A stretch of 64,000 nt of DNA from Puniceicoccaceae bacterium (GTDB lineage Bacteria > Verrucomicrobiota > Verrucomicrobiia > Opitutales > JAFGAQ01): positions 6,378 through 70,377 of the forward strand of contig JBEGIR010000018.1 in NCBI GenBank assembly GCA_040224245.1, given 5' to 3'. A program made the translations under genes and the position numbers. Positions within the stretch are counted from its first letter, which is position 1. Each line of letters opens with the position of its first letter. The notes beneath the pieces were generated by a model, which was not told the DNA's origin, searched no databases, and was given only the letters and a program-made list of their open reading frames with translations. Positions 38,597 through 49,439 of the stretch are shown one piece after another.

Positions 38597-41500
38597 TCAG
38601 CTGTTGAAATCGAAATCGTCCTGTTCCAGGCGAATGTCGAGACACAGACCTTGAATTTCCTTCATCAAGACGTTGAAGGACTGCGGTGTGCCTGCAACCA
38701 AGCTGCGGTCACCCTTGACGAGGGACTCGTAAATCTTGGTTCGACCCTGAACGTCATCCGACTTCACGGTGAGCAGTTCCTGCAACATGTAGGCCGCTCC
38801 ATAAGCTTCCAGTGCCCAAACCTCCATTTCTCCAAGACGCTGGCCACCATACTGTGCTTTTCCGCCCAGAGGTTGCTGCGTGATAAGACTGTAGGGACCC
38901 ACCGCACGGGCGTGGATTTTCTCCGCGACCAGGTGGTTGAGCTTCAGCATGTAGATGTAGCCGACGACCACGCGTTGGTCCAGGCGTTCTCCAGTGCGTC
39001 CGTCGTAGAGATAGGCCTTACCACTTTCGGGCAGCCCCGCATCGATGAGATACTGGCGCACATCCTTTTCGGAAATACCGTCAAAGACCGGTGTGGCAAC
39101 CTTGATGCCAAGCTTTTTACAGGCCCAGCCCAAGTGAGTTTCCAGAACCTGCCCCACGTTCATGCGGGAGGGAACTCCCAGTGGATTGAGGCAGATCTCG
39201 ATCGGCGTACCATCCTCAAGGTAAGGCATGTCTTCCTCCGGAACAATGCGTGCAATCACACCCTTGTTCCCGTGACGGCCCGCCATTTTGTCACCGACTT
39301 CAATCTTGCGCTTGGTGGCAACATAGACCTTCACGTTTTTGATCACGCCCTGATCCACACTGTCCCCACGCTCGACCGAATCGATTTTGCGTTCCCGCTC
39401 CCGATCCAGTTCATCAAACTTGCTCTGGAAGTTGCGCACAATTTCCATCACCTTAATGCGAACCGGCGAGGGATCGATTTCGATGTGTTTGGAGACTGCG
39501 GCCAGACGACGCAGAAGCGTTTTGGTGATCTTGCGATTGGCCGGAATGATGATCTCACCGGTGTCTGAATTGCGAACATCCAGAGGAATTTTTTCACCGA
39601 GCAGAATGTTGGAAAGCGACTCAGTCAGTTCCTCACGCTTTTTGTCTGCCTGCGAACGATACTCTTCGTTGATCTTCTTGATCTGACGACGACGATCCGA
39701 GGGTGACAGCTTTTCAAGCTCACCATCCACGCGACTGGAAACCTTGACATCCATTACGATGCCCGTAACGCCTGACGGAACCGTGAGCGAGGAGTCCTTC
39801 ACGTCCGCAGCCTTCTCACCAAAGATGGCGCGCAGCAGTTTCTCCTCCGGTGCCAGTTCGGTTTCACTCTTCGGCGTGATCTTACCCACGAGGATATCTC
39901 CGGGTTTGACCTCCGCACCCACGCGGATCACCCCATCGTGGTTGAGGTTTTTGAGAGCCTCTTCCCCAACATTGGGAATATCATAGGTGATTTCCTCAGG
40001 TCCGAGCTTGGTGTCACGAGCCGTGACTTCAAATTCCTCAATGTGAATCGAGGTGTAGACGTCATCCTTGATCATCTTTTCGCTGAGCAGGATGGCGTCC
40101 TCGAAGTTATACCCGTTCCAGGGCATGAAGGCAACCAGTACGTTGCGTCCCAGTGCCAGTTCTCCCTGATCTGTTGCCGCCCCATCAGCGAGCACATCAT
40201 CTTTCTTAACGGGCTGGCCCTTCTGGACAACGGGCTTCTGGTTAAAACAGGTGCCCGCGTTGGAACGCATGAACTTGCGCAGTTCATACACATAAATTCC
40301 CTTTTTCGGATCACTCTTCGACTTGCGGTCAAAGTGCTTTGGCAGCGATCCATCTTCGGTGATAACGATGCGGCGTGCATCCACACTGGCAACCACCCCA
40401 TCGATATCAGAAAGAATGATGGCCTTGGAGTCCCTCGCAACAATGTGCTCAATGCCCGTGCCGACCAGCGGCGCTTCGGTCTTGAGCAGTGGAACACCCT
40501 GGCGCTGCATGTTCGAACCCATCAGTGCGCGATTGGCGTCATCGTGCTCCAGGAAGGGAATGCTTCCCGCCGCAATGGAAACCAGCTGCTTTGGAGAAAC
40601 GTCCATGTAGTGAACCTTGTCACCCGTCGTTTCAAAAACCTCATCGCGATGACGGCAGGTGACTTTCCCAATGAAGCGTCCCTTTTCGTCGAGTTCTGAA
40701 TTCGCCTGAGCGATGGTGTAGGGTTCCTCCTGGTCTGCATTGACGTATTCCACTTCATCGAGAACACGTCCATCCACCACCTTGCGGTAGGGGGTTTCAA
40801 TAAATCCGAATTCGTTTACCCGCGCATAGGTGCTGAACGAATTGATCAAACCGATGTTGGGACCTTCCGGAGTTTCAATTGGACAGATTCGACCGTAGTG
40901 GGATGTGTGAACGTCGCGAACCTCAAATCCGGCACGCTCACGATTCAACCCTCCCGGTCCAAGTGCCGAAAGTCGACGCTTGTGAGTCAACTCCGCCAAT
41001 GGATTAATTTGATCCATGAACTGGCTCAACTGGCTGCGTGCAAAGAAATCACGGATCACTGTGGTCAAGGCCTTCGCATTGATCAGCTTCTGAGGCGTGA
41101 TCGTGTCGATGCTCTGATCAAACAGCGTCATGCGCTCACGCACCAACCGTTCCGTGCGCGCAAGTCCGAGGCGGCACTGGTTGGCCAGCAACTCGCCAAC
41201 CGTGCGGATGCGGCGGCTACCGAGGTGGTCGATGTCATCCACATATCCATCACCCCGCTTCAAACGGGTAAGGTACTTGGTGGACTCCACGATATCCTCC
41301 ACATTGACCGTGCGGGTTTCCAAGGATGTCTCTAGGCGAAGCTTCTGATTGATTTTGTATCGACCCACTCGACCCAAGTCGTAGCGCTTGGGGTCCTGAA
41401 ACAGGCGCTTGAGCAGTGCCTTGGCATTTGCAACTGTCGGTGGCTCCCCTGGGCGCAGACGCTTGTAAATGTCCTTGAGTGCTTCTTCCTCGTTGCGAGT

Positions 41501-42370
41501 GGGGTCCTTCTTCAGGCAGCGAATGATAACACCATCATCAATCGTGGTGTCGATCACCCGAACCGTCCCAATTGCAGCGCGGTCAAATGACCGGATGATG
41601 GTTTTGGTCAGCGGTTCAAAAGCGCGGGCGAGCACAACGCCTTTTTCCGCGTCAACAATATCCTCCACCAGCACAAAGTTCGACACATTGTCGAGCTTCA
41701 GTGCCTCGGACACTTCCATGTCCTGGAGTTCATAAAAGAGATTGAGAATGTCGAAATCCGAACTGTATCCGAAAGCACGCAACAACGTCGTGATCAGAAA
41801 CTTGCGGCGACGGCGACGGCGGTCGAGATAAACATAGAGCAAGTCATTCTGGTCGAATTGCACTTCGAGCCAGGTGCCGCGATCCGGGATGATGCGGAAG
41901 GAATACAAAATCTTTCCACTGGTGTGCGTTGCCTCTTCAAAACAAAGTCCCGGAGAGCGGTGCAGTTGATTCACAACCACGCGTTCCGCACCATTGATGA
42001 TGAAACTGCCGCGTTCGGTCATCATGGGCAGTTCACCCATGTAGATCTCCTCATCCTTGATCTGGTCTTCTTCCTGAAGGCGCAGCTTTACATGCAGCGC
42101 GATGGAATAGGTGATGCCTTCACGGATGCAATCGATTTCCGAGTGCGGTGATGGCGTCAGCCGGTATTCCAGGAACTGGAGCACACAACGACCATCATAA
42201 CTCTCGATCGGGAAAACCTCCTGAAAGACCGCCTGCAACCCATTGGTGCTTCGTTGGGATGGTGGCACATCCGCCTGAAGAAATTCCTCAAAGGAATGGG
42301 TCTGATGCTCGATCAGATTGGGTGGCTGGATGACTTCTTTAATTCTTCCGAAGCTTTTACGAACACTCAT
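38597..42370 (-). CDS. rpoB: DNA-directed RNA polymerase subunit beta
   Basis: 1257 aa with conserved blocks such as [21 protein letters not shown] and [19 protein letters not shown]. Confidence 0.98.
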   Translation of the reverse strand: MSVRKSFGRIKEVIQPPNLIEHQTHSFEEFLQADVPPSQRSTNGLQAVFQEVFPIESYDGRCVLQFLEYRLTPSPHSEIDCIREGITYSIALHVKLRLQEEDQIKDEEIYMGELPMMTERGSFIINGAERVVVNQLHRSPGLCFEEATHTSGKILYSFRIIPDRGTWLEVQFDQNDLLYVYLDRRRRRRKFLITTLLRAFGYSSDFDILNLFYELQDMEVSEALKLDNVSNFVLVEDIVDAEKGVVLARAFEPLTKTIIRSFDRAAIGTVRVIDTTIDDGVIIRCLKKDPTRNEEEALKDIYKRLRPGEPPTVANAKALLKRLFQDPKRYDLGRVGRYKINQKLRLETSLETRTVNVEDIVESTKYLTRLKRGDGYVDDIDHLGSRRIRTVGELLANQCRLGLARTERLVRERMTLFDQSIDTITPQKLINAKALTTVIRDFFARSQLSQFMDQINPLAELTHKRRLSALGPGGLNRERAGFEVRDVHTSHYGRICPIETPEGPNIGLINSFSTYARVNEFGFIETPYRKVVDGRVLDEVEYVNADQEEPYTIAQANSELDEKGRFIGKVTCRHRDEVFETTGDKVHYMDVSPKQLVSIAAGSIPFLEHDDANRALMGSNMQRQGVPLLKTEAPLVGTGIEHIVARDSKAIILSDIDGVVASVDARRIVITEDGSLPKHFDRKSKSDPKKGIYVYELRKFMRSNAGTCFNQKPVVQKGQPVKKDDVLADGAATDQGELALGRNVLVAFMPWNGYNFEDAILLSEKMIKDDVYTSIHIEEFEVTARDTKLGPEEITYDIPNVGEEALKNLNHDGVIRVGAEVKPGDILVGKITPKSETELAPEEKLLRAIFGEKAADVKDSSLTVPSGVTGIVMDVKVSSRVDGELEKLSPSDRRRQIKKINEEYRSQADKKREELTESLSNILLGEKIPLDVRNSDTGEIIIPANRKITKTLLRRLAAVSKHIEIDPSPVRIKVMEIVRNFQSKFDELDRERERKIDSVERGDSVDQGVIKNVKVYVATKRKIEVGDKMAGRHGNKGVIARIVPEEDMPYLEDGTPIEICLNPLGVPSRMNVGQVLETHLGWACKKLGIKVATPVFDGISEKDVRQYLIDAGLPESGKAYLYDGRTGERLDQRVVVGYIYMLKLNHLVAEKIHARAVGPYSLITQQPLGGKAQYGGQRLGEMEVWALEAYGAAYMLQELLTVKSDDVQGRTKIYESLVKGDRSLVAGTPQSFNVLMKEIQGLCLDIRLEQDDFDFNS

Positions 42371-42420
42371 GGTATGGATTTCTTAAAAATAAGAGTTGGA
42401 CGGTAATCAGGGAGAGGATT

Positions 42421-42468
42421 GAAAACGACGAAAGCCAGTGTTGGAGCACCTTAAGTCTCCAACACTGG
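42421..42468 (-). terminator. rplL-rpoB intergenic hairpin (probable partial terminator / attenuator)
   Basis: On the minus strand: CCAGTGTTGGAG, a 10-nt loop, CTCCAACACTGG (12 bp perfect), then CTTTCGTCGTTTTC. It lies in the 137-nt spacer between rplL and rpoB. Confidence 0.5.
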
Positions 42469-42507
42469 TTTCGGAAAGACAGATTTTGAATAAGAATAAG
42501 CCAATGC

Positions 42508-42900
42508 TTACTTGATCTCGACTTCTGCGCCAGCAGCTTCGAGCTTCTTCTTGATGTCTTCTGCGTCGTCCTTGGTGGTCGCTTCCTTCAGCGGCTTGGG
42601 AGCACCTTCGACGAGGTCTTTTGCTTCCTTAAGGCCGAGACCCGTGATGCCACGGACTTCCTTAATGACAGCGATCTTGTTGCTTCCGAAGCTCTTGAGG
42701 ATGACGTCAAATTCCGTCTTTTCCTCAGCAGCGGCTTCATCCGCACCTGCAGCAGCAGCACCAGGAGCAGCGGCAACAGCGACCGGTGCCGCAGCACTGA
42801 CGCCCCACTTCTCCTCGAGATCTTTAACCAGTCCTGCGATTTCCAGCACGGACTGTGAGCTTAACCATTCGATTACTTGTTCTTTAGTGATATCAGCCAT
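42508..42900 (-). CDS. rplL: 50S ribosomal protein L7/L12
   Basis: 130 aa with an Ala-rich hinge and [34 protein letters not shown] lies 5 nt upstream of the ATG. Confidence 0.97.
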   Translation of the reverse strand: MADITKEQVIEWLSSQSVLEIAGLVKDLEEKWGVSAAAPVAVAAAPGAAAAGADEAAAEEKTEFDVILKSFGSNKIAVIKEVRGITGLGLKEAKDLVEGAPKPLKEATTKDDAEDIKKKLEAAGAEVEIK

Positions 42901-43005
42901 TTTGTCTCCTTGCCCTGTTAGCGCTTATCAGCATTTAAGAGTGAAACCCCTAACGCGGGCGTTAAGATTAATGTAGTGTGATTGAAAATTCGGGTTGCAA
43001 CCGCC

Positions 43006-43524
43006 TCAAGCGGCTTCGTTCTTGTCGGCATAGGCCTTGAGCACGGTAACCACCGCCTGTGGCACTGCGTTGATAACACCCACAAACTGAGTTGCCGGCG
43101 TATTGAGCAGTCCCATGAACTGCGCGCGAAGCGCATCCAGTGAGGGCAGCTTGGAAAGTTCGTCAACTTCATCTGCGGAGAGTAAGCGTGGACCGAGGGC
43201 GCCGCCCTTCACATCCACCTTGTCTTTCTCCTTGTGGAACTTCTTCAGAATCTTCGCAACTTCCGATGGATTCTTTCCACCCGAAACAATGGCAATCTGC
43301 CCGTCGAGCATCTCATCCAGCTCGGGAAGATCCAATTGCTTCACTGCCTGTTGCAGAATCGTGTTTTTCACCACGTGGAACTCTGCTTCCTGCTCGGCCA
43401 GGCGAGCACGCAAGTCTGCGGTTTCCGCAACGGTGATCCGAAAATAGTTCGTCAGAAAAAGGTAATCAGACTCCTTGAGCCGATTGGTGACTTCTTCGAC
43501 CAGGTATTGTTTTTCAGGTCTCAT
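43006..43524 (-). CDS. rplJ: 50S ribosomal protein L10
   Basis: 172 aa with an L10-like sequence. Located between rplA and rplL. Confidence 0.93.
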   Translation of the reverse strand: MRPEKQYLVEEVTNRLKESDYLFLTNYFRITVAETADLRARLAEQEAEFHVVKNTILQQAVKQLDLPELDEMLDGQIAIVSGGKNPSEVAKILKKFHKEKDKVDVKGGALGPRLLSADEVDELSKLPSLDALRAQFMGLLNTPATQFVGVINAVPQAVVTVLKAYADKNEAA

Positions 43525-43557
43525 GATTTCGTTGTTTGATCGGTTCTCGGTTTCCGG

Positions 43558-44256
43558 TTAAGCACTGATCGCAGTGACTTCACTGCCGAGAATGCGAACT
43601 CCCGGACTCATCGTGGAACTGATGGTGACGTTCTTGATGAATTTGCCCTTTACCGTTTCAGGTTTGGACTTCACCAGTGTCGAAAGCGCTTCCTTCGCGT
43701 TCTCAGTCAAATTCTCCTTTGAAAAGGATCGCTTGCCGACGACGATGGAGACGTTCGCAGACTTGTCCATCTTGAACTCGACTCGCCCTGCTTTGACCGC
43801 AGTAATGGCTGCGGCCACATCATCTGTAACCGTTCCAGACTTGGGATTTGGCATCAATCCACGCGGACCGAGTACGCGTGCTACCGGACGAACCTTTGCC
43901 ATCGCCGAAGTCGTGGCAACCGCGACATCAAAATCGAGCCACCCCTCCTGAATCTTTGCGATCAAATCGTCCAGACCAGCAACGTCCGCACCCGCGTCAA
44001 GCGCTTCCTGCGGGTTCTCGGTGAACACAATCACCGATACCTTCTTTCCACTACCGTGTGGCAGGCTGACGGTTCCGCGAACCATTTGATTGCTCTGTTT
44101 CGGATCCACCGCAAGCGAAGCCGAAACCTCAACGGTCTCATCAAACTTTGCAGCTGGAAATTTTTGAAGAATTTCGATTGCCTGATCCAACGTGTAGGTT
44201 GCTTCGAGATTGGCAATTTCGTGTGCCTTTTGCAGGCGTTTACTCATCTTGGCCAT
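43558..44256 (-). CDS. rplA: 50S ribosomal protein L1
   Basis: 232 aa: ...FDETVEVSASLAVDPKQSNQMVRGTVSLPHGSGK..., LGPRGLMPNPKSGTV. Confidence 0.97.
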   Translation of the reverse strand: MAKMSKRLQKAHEIANLEATYTLDQAIEILQKFPAAKFDETVEVSASLAVDPKQSNQMVRGTVSLPHGSGKKVSVIVFTENPQEALDAGADVAGLDDLIAKIQEGWLDFDVAVATTSAMAKVRPVARVLGPRGLMPNPKSGTVTDDVAAAITAVKAGRVEFKMDKSANVSIVVGKRSFSKENLTENAKEALSTLVKSKPETVKGKFIKNVTISSTMSPGVRILGSEVTAISA

Positions 44257-44276
44257 ATGACAGTCCTCGCTAACGG

Positions 44277-44702
44277 TTAGTCGATCACTTCGAGGCCCAT
44301 GCTGCGGGCCGTTCCCATGATGATTTTCATGGCCTGTTCGGGATCGGATGCATTGAGATCCTTTTTCTTGGTCTCAACAATCTCTGCGATCTGTTTACGG
44401 GTTACCTTTCCGACTTTATCCCGGTTGGGAATCGGAGACCCCTTTGCAATGCCGGCTGCCTTTTTCAGCAGCACTGCAGCCGGAGGTGACTTCAGGATGA
44501 AACTGAAAGATCGGTCAGCGTATACGCTGATCACGACCGGTAGAATCAAGCCTGCCTGGTCCTTCGTTCTTGCGTTAAAATCCTTACAGAAAGCCATGAT
44601 ATTGACTCCCTGCGCACCTAGTGCCGGTCCAACCGGTGGTGCCGGATTTGCGGCACCAGCGGGTAGCTGGAGCCGAATTTGTCCTACAACTTTTTTTGCC
44701 AT
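44277..44702 (-). CDS. rplK: 50S ribosomal protein L11
   Basis: [43 protein letters not shown]. Confidence 0.97.
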   Translation of the reverse strand: MAKKVVGQIRLQLPAGAANPAPPVGPALGAQGVNIMAFCKDFNARTKDQAGLILPVVISVYADRSFSFILKSPPAAVLLKKAAGIAKGSPIPNRDKVGKVTRKQIAEIVETKKKDLNASDPEQAMKIIMGTARSMGLEVID

Positions 44703-44709
44703 GGATGGT

Positions 44710-45282
44710 TTATTCCTCTAGCTTTTCAACTTGCCAGTACTCGAGTTCTACTGGAGTGAAACGCCCAAATATGGAAACTGAAACCTTCAGTTTGCCATGC
44801 TCCGGATCCATTTCGTCCACCTTTCCGGTGAGATCGACAAAGGGTCCGTCGACAATTTTTACTTCTTCGCCCACTTCAAACTCGACCTTGGGCTTTTCTT
44901 TGCCTTGTGAGTCCTCGACTTGCTTGAGGATGCGATCAATCTCTTCCGTCTTAAGCGGAACGGGGTTTTCACCTCCGACAAAATTGATCACTCCCTGGGC
45001 GTCGCGCACAAAGTACCATGCCTTCTGGTTCAACTTCCCTTCATCATCATACAACTTCATGTGTACAAAGATGTAACCTGGGTAGAACCGGCGGACACGT
45101 TGGGTTTTCTTACCGTTTTTTACCTCACTTACCACTTCCGTGGGCATGAGTACATCGAACACATAGTCACCCATCTCCTCGATTTCGATAAACTTGTCCA
45201 GATAGGTTTTGGCCTTCGCTTCCTGATTGGAAAGCGTCTGCACAGCATACCAAGCTGGTCCGTTCTTTAATGATGCGTTCAT
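44710..45282 (-). CDS. nusG: Transcription termination/antitermination factor NusG
   Basis: NGN domain ([11 protein letters not shown]...YPGYIFVHM) and KOW domain ([20 protein letters not shown]). Confidence 0.95.
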   Translation of the reverse strand: MNASLKNGPAWYAVQTLSNQEAKAKTYLDKFIEIEEMGDYVFDVLMPTEVVSEVKNGKKTQRVRRFYPGYIFVHMKLYDDEGKLNQKAWYFVRDAQGVINFVGGENPVPLKTEEIDRILKQVEDSQGKEKPKVEFEVGEEVKIVDGPFVDLTGKVDEMDPEHGKLKVSVSIFGRFTPVELEYWQVEKLEE

Positions 45283-45325
45283 GTGTGTTTCGATGCTGGA
45301 AGCTCGACTGATGTGGAATCTGCGA

Positions 45326-45541
45326 TCAACGCACCAGGCCAGTGAAAAACTCAGCCCATTGATTCAACGAAAAGTCGGCAACCGTAATAAAGGTTCCTAA
45401 AATAACTACAGCGATCAACACGACGATGGTGTAGTCTTTGAGTTCTTTCCAGGTAGGCCAAGCGGACTTTTTGAGCTCCGTCATCATTTCACCATAGAAA
45501 TGCCGGATCCCCCTGAAGAAACTTCCGATTTTTTTAAGCAT
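45326..45541 (-). CDS. secE: Preprotein translocase subunit SecE
   Basis: 71 aa with ELKKSAWPTWKEL followed by a single TM helix. Located between tRNA-Trp and nusG. Confidence 0.85.
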   Translation of the reverse strand: MLKKIGSFFRGIRHFYGEMMTELKKSAWPTWKELKDYTIVVLIAVVILGTFITVADFSLNQWAEFFTGLVR

Positions 45542-45572
45542 ACTTGTCCTGACTGGTATTCAATTTGAAAAA

Positions 45573-45648
45573 TGGCGGGTGAAGAGGGATTCGAACCCCC
45601 AACTTGCGGTTTTGGAGACCGCTCCTCTACCAATTGAACTATTCACCC
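45573..45648 (-). tRNA. tRNA-Trp (anticodon CCA)
   Basis: Minus-strand cloverleaf: acceptor GGGTGAA/TTCACCC, anticodon stem GCGGT/ACCGC with loop CTCCAAA, T-arm GGGGG-TTCGAAT-CCCTC. CCA is encoded. Confidence 0.9.
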
Positions 45649-45713
45649 TGGATAACGAACGTGAGCCCAACCAATCATTGGATGGGCTCGTGTCCATAAA
45701 ATCTGACGGCCGA

Positions 45714-46904
45714 TCAGGCAATGACTTCCGTGATCTGACCCGCACCGATCGTGCGACCCCCTTCACGGATCGCAAAGCGCTGACCCTTTTCCATTGCGAT
45801 CTTCTTTTGCAGATCGATCACAATCTTCAAGTTGTCGCCCGGCATTACCATTTCCACGCCTTCGGGAAGTTCGCAGATTCCGGTAACGTCAGCTGTTCCG
45901 AAGAAGAACTGGGGACGGTATCCCTTGAAGAACGGAGTGTGACGTCCACCTTCATCCTTGGTCAGAACGTAAATCTGTGCAGTGGCCTTGGTGTGAGGCT
46001 TGATGGAACCCGGCTTTGCAATCACGTGACCGCGCTGGATATCCTTCTTTTCAACACCGCGCAACAGCAGTCCAACATTGTCACCGGCCTGACCTTGGTC
46101 GAGCAGCTTGCGGAACATTTCCACACCAGTGCAGGTGGTCTTGCGGGTATCGCCCATTCCGACGATTTCCACTTCTTCACCAACCTTGACCACACCACGC
46201 TCAATACGACCAGTCGCAACCGTTCCACGACCTGTGATCGTGAACACGTCTTCCACCGACATCATGAAGGGCTTATCCGTGGCACGCTCAGGCTCAGGGA
46301 TGTCCTTGTCGATCGCATCCATGAGGTTCTGAATGTCCTGCTTGCCGCGATCCTCAAGATTGAGCGCAGCCAGTGCCGAACCCCGAACGATTGTGATGTT
46401 GTCACCGTCGAACTCATACTTGCTGAGCAAGTCACGAATCTCCATTTCAACCAGCTCAAGAAGTTCCTCGTCATCGAGCAAGTCAACCTTGTTCAAGAAT
46501 ACCACGATGTTGGGAACACCCACCTGCTTTGCCAGAAGAATGTGCTCGCGGGTCTGAGGCATCGGACCATCGTCCGCACCAACCACCAGAATGGCACCAT
46601 CCATCTGTGCTGCTCCCGTGATCATGTTCTTCACGAAGTCAGCGTGACCCGGACAGTCAACGTGGGCATAGTGACGGGTTTCAGATTCGTATTCCACGTG
46701 GGAAACAGCAATCGTCACGATCTTGGACGCGTCACGCACAGTTCCACCCTTGGCAATGTCGGCATACTTCTTGGCTTCTGCCAACCCCTTGGAGGATTGC
46801 ACCGCCAGAATACCTGCCGTCAGCGTAGTTTTACCGTGGTCGATGTGTCCGATCGTTCCAACGTTGATGTGTGGTTTAGTTCTTTGGAATGTTTCCTTAG
46901 CCAT
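45714..46904 (-). CDS. tuf: Elongation factor Tu
   Basis: 396 aa with [18 protein letters not shown] and NKVD G-motifs. Confidence 0.98.
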   Translation of the reverse strand: MAKETFQRTKPHINVGTIGHIDHGKTTLTAGILAVQSSKGLAEAKKYADIAKGGTVRDASKIVTIAVSHVEYESETRHYAHVDCPGHADFVKNMITGAAQMDGAILVVGADDGPMPQTREHILLAKQVGVPNIVVFLNKVDLLDDEELLELVEMEIRDLLSKYEFDGDNITIVRGSALAALNLEDRGKQDIQNLMDAIDKDIPEPERATDKPFMMSVEDVFTITGRGTVATGRIERGVVKVGEEVEIVGMGDTRKTTCTGVEMFRKLLDQGQAGDNVGLLLRGVEKKDIQRGHVIAKPGSIKPHTKATAQIYVLTKDEGGRHTPFFKGYRPQFFFGTADVTGICELPEGVEMVMPGDNLKIVIDLQKKIAMEKGQRFAIREGGRTIGAGQITEVIA

Positions 46905-46957
46905 GAATGGTCGTATGGAGTTTAAGTTTGATTTTGAAAAGAATTAACGTCGAAGCA

Positions 46958-47033
46958 CTGGAGCCCACGAGCGGATTTGAACCGCCGACCTCGTCCTTAC
47001 CAAGGACGCGCTCTGCCGACTGAGCTACATGGG
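46958..47033 (-). tRNA. tRNA-Thr (anticodon GGT)
   Basis: Minus-strand cloverleaf: acceptor GCCCATG/CGTGGGC, D-arm GCTC/GAGC, anticodon stem CGTCC/GGACG with loop TTGGTAA, T-arm GGCGG-TTCAAAT-CCGCT. CCA is encoded. Confidence 0.92.
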
Positions 47034-47175
47034 CATCGTTATCCAACGCGTTTTTGTTAAAACTTCAGTTGATTGAAATAAGGATAAACTTCAAAAAATG
47101 AAATCCGATCTCCGGTCCGTCAAGACTAAATCCTGAAATTATTCGGGTTTGCACAACAATCACATCGGTTGATGC

Positions 47176-47649
47176 TCAAAGGTCATCAACCAACGCAAAC
47201 GTTAACTCCGCAGAGGACACTGTCACCCCATCCACACTGCATGTGGCTGATGCGATGCCCATTCTTCCTCCACGATTTTTGAGCAGCTCTGCCCGGATGA
47301 TCAGCTGATCGCCAGGAACGACCATTTTGCGAAACTTCACTTTGTCACAACTCATGAAGAGTGCGAGTTTCCCCTCCGCTCCAATGATATGCAACATGAG
47401 AATACCGGCTGCCTGGGCCATGGATTCCACCTGCAGAACACCTGGCATCACGGGTTTCCCCGGAAAGTGTCCATTAAAATAGGGTTCGTTGATCGTCACA
47501 TTCTTAATCGCGGTAATCGTGGTTTCACCCATTTCGATCACACGATCAACAAGCAGAAAAGGATAACGGTGCGGCAGCTTTCGCATCACTGCCTGAATGT
47601 CCAGAACGGGAAGGGTTTTCTCCGATGAGTTTGCAGAAATATCGGTCAC
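47176..47649 (-). CDS. fabZ: 3-hydroxyacyl-ACP dehydratase
   Basis: [15 protein letters not shown] and [18 protein letters not shown] start as in the ORF track; there is no suitable ATG upstream of the LPHR motif. Confidence 0.93.
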   Translation of the reverse strand: MTDISANSSEKTLPVLDIQAVMRKLPHRYPFLLVDRVIEMGETTITAIKNVTINEPYFNGHFPGKPVMPGVLQVESMAQAAGILMLHIIGAEGKLALFMSCDKVKFRKMVVPGDQLIIRAELLKNRGGRMGIASATCSVDGVTVSSAELTFALVDDL

Positions 47650-47672
47650 GGCTGTGTTGAGATGTGAGAGAC

Positions 47673-48506
47673 TTAGGCGAGAAGTTCCGCCAGTTTTTGG
47701 GTCAGTTTCGAGTTGATCGCATGACCAGGCTTAATCGCCACAATATGGGCACGCAAAGGGCAACCGAGTAAGGCGATATCACCGATAATATCAAGTATTT
47801 TGTGACGAACAAATTCATCCTGGAAGCGCAGGGGTTCCTTGGAAAGGATGGTCTCTCCCTTAATGACGATAGCTGTGTCAATGCTTCCTCCCTTGATTTT
47901 GCCCTGCTGAACAAGGGGTTCAATATCCTCCGCAAAGGTAAAGGTGCGCGCGGGTGCAATCTGTTTCACATACTGCCCTGGATCCACATCCACGCTGAAA
48001 TACTGCGTCATGCGACCTCGCTCATCGGCAAAAGTACAAGAGATGCGAAACCCCTCATGCGGCAATGCAATCAGGATGCGATCACCCTCCATCACACTCA
48101 CCGGAGATTGCAGGGAAAGCAATTGTCTCGGGTTCGATTGCTGCACCATGCCTGCGGACTGAATCATCTCAACCAAGCGCTGGGCCGACCCATCAAAAAT
48201 GGGAGGTTCACCACCGTCGAGTTCCACCACTGCATTGTCGACCGCAAGTCCATGAAGCGCACTCATGACGTGCTCCACAGTGGAAACCTTCGCCGCACCA
48301 GACTCGAGCGTTGTATTGCGCAGCAGGTCCGAAACATTCGACACTCGTGCCTTTACTTCCGGCTTGCCGGGCAGGTCCACCCGGCGAAACCGGATGCCTG
48401 TGTCCGGTTCTCCGGGCAGTATCGAAAGGTTCACGACTTCTCCCGTGTGAAGAGAAATTCCGGAGTCAGATACGGATTGGGCAAGAGTCTGTTGTGAAGT
48501 TGACAT
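47673..48506 (-). CDS. lpxC: UDP-3-O-acyl-N-acetylglucosamine deacetylase
   Basis: [19 protein letters not shown] and [12 protein letters not shown]. Re-called from ATG 48506 (alternative 48518). The track's longer form overlaps the upstream gene. Confidence 0.9.
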   Translation of the reverse strand: MSTSQQTLAQSVSDSGISLHTGEVVNLSILPGEPDTGIRFRRVDLPGKPEVKARVSNVSDLLRNTTLESGAAKVSTVEHVMSALHGLAVDNAVVELDGGEPPIFDGSAQRLVEMIQSAGMVQQSNPRQLLSLQSPVSVMEGDRILIALPHEGFRISCTFADERGRMTQYFSVDVDPGQYVKQIAPARTFTFAEDIEPLVQQGKIKGGSIDTAIVIKGETILSKEPLRFQDEFVRHKILDIIGDIALLGCPLRAHIVAIKPGHAINSKLTQKLAELLA

Positions 48507-48528
48507 GGTTGCGTGCATGCGGGATCGG

Positions 48529-49185
48529 TCAATCGAACGGCACCCGTTCGTGAATTTGAAAGCCAAGTTGGGGATTCCCATACAGCTCTCGATTGCTAGC
48601 GTTGTATTCTACCTTCACTTTGCAAGGCAATTCTCGGAGATCCACCAGATGATAGGCCACAATCCGGTGATGGGAGTCATCCCTTTTTTCTATTTCAAAA
48701 CCGGCAAGCAAATGAATCGCGCTCTCCGTTACTTTCGGATCCTCCGAAACGGAAAAATAGAACGTTCGCTGAGAAGACCTCAACGTGTGTGATGAAAAGG
48801 TCTTGACCTCCACATAAAAAGACTGCCCCTGCCATTGCATCCACAAGTCAGGATATCCACTCGACTGGCCGCGCCCCGAACGCGTCCTGGGTCGCTGGAC
48901 CTGCGCACCCTGAGCATCAAGGGCCTCCATCAGCATCTGCTCAATTTGCAAGCCCACTTCATTCATGCGATCCACCTCAGGGGCACTGCGGTGAAATCGA
49001 ATGCTCATTGCCTGAAGCGCCGAACGCATCATTTCACTGCCTTCGCCCGCCCAGGGAATGACCTTCAATCCATAATGCTCTACAATCAGTTCATGCAACA
49101 GGGCATCCGAAGGACCGGAGTCAGCATGTGCCGAAAGCGACACAAGCCACACACTCATAAGAACGGGGAGGAAGAAACGAGGCAT
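48529..49185 (-). CDS. Signal-peptide hypothetical protein with a PD-(D/E)XK-like motif
   Basis: MPRFFLPVLMSVWLVSLSAHA/DS looks like a signal peptide. The internal GYPDLWMQWQGQSFYVEVKT resembles the PD...(D/E)xK nuclease-fold motif. ATG at 49185 (the track start at 49188 is TTG). The functional call is weak. Confidence 0.55.
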   Translation of the reverse strand: MPRFFLPVLMSVWLVSLSAHADSGPSDALLHELIVEHYGLKVIPWAGEGSEMMRSALQAMSIRFHRSAPEVDRMNEVGLQIEQMLMEALDAQGAQVQRPRTRSGRGQSSGYPDLWMQWQGQSFYVEVKTFSSHTLRSSQRTFYFSVSEDPKVTESAIHLLAGFEIEKRDDSHHRIVAYHLVDLRELPCKVKVEYNASNRELYGNPQLGFQIHERVPFD

Positions 49186-49439
49186 CAATCCAGCAAACGG
49201 ACCCTACGACAAATGTTCAAGGGGATAAATTCACTGCTCTTCTGTGCATCACGGAAGCAGCCATGCTTCACAGCACCTGTCCGCATCTCCCTCGATTCAG
49301 TCCATTTTCACAGGTTCTCCGATGCAAAAAAAGCGAAGTCATTGCCCGAATAGAGTTGGCTTTCCCTCACTTTACTGGATGGTTAGCTCAGCAATACCCC
49401 CCAGATAGGGCCAATTGCCGCTTTCCATTTTTCAATTTC

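Noticed and set aside
34871-46925. Long plus-strand ORFs inside rpoC, rpoB and tuf (34871..36289, 38555..39568, 39938..40699, 45579..46925 and others).
   Set aside because: All are antisense to highly conserved genes and have no recognisable motifs. They are typical shadow ORFs of strongly codon-biased genes.
49242-49276. GGAAGCAGCC, identical to the conserved 3' strand of SRP RNA domain IV, in the 251-bp divergent spacer.
   Set aside because: The upstream GGUCC-GGAA tetraloop context is missing. The motif is simply one arm of a local hairpin (GAAGCA-GCCA-UGCUUC) and no extended SRP-like helix can be drawn.
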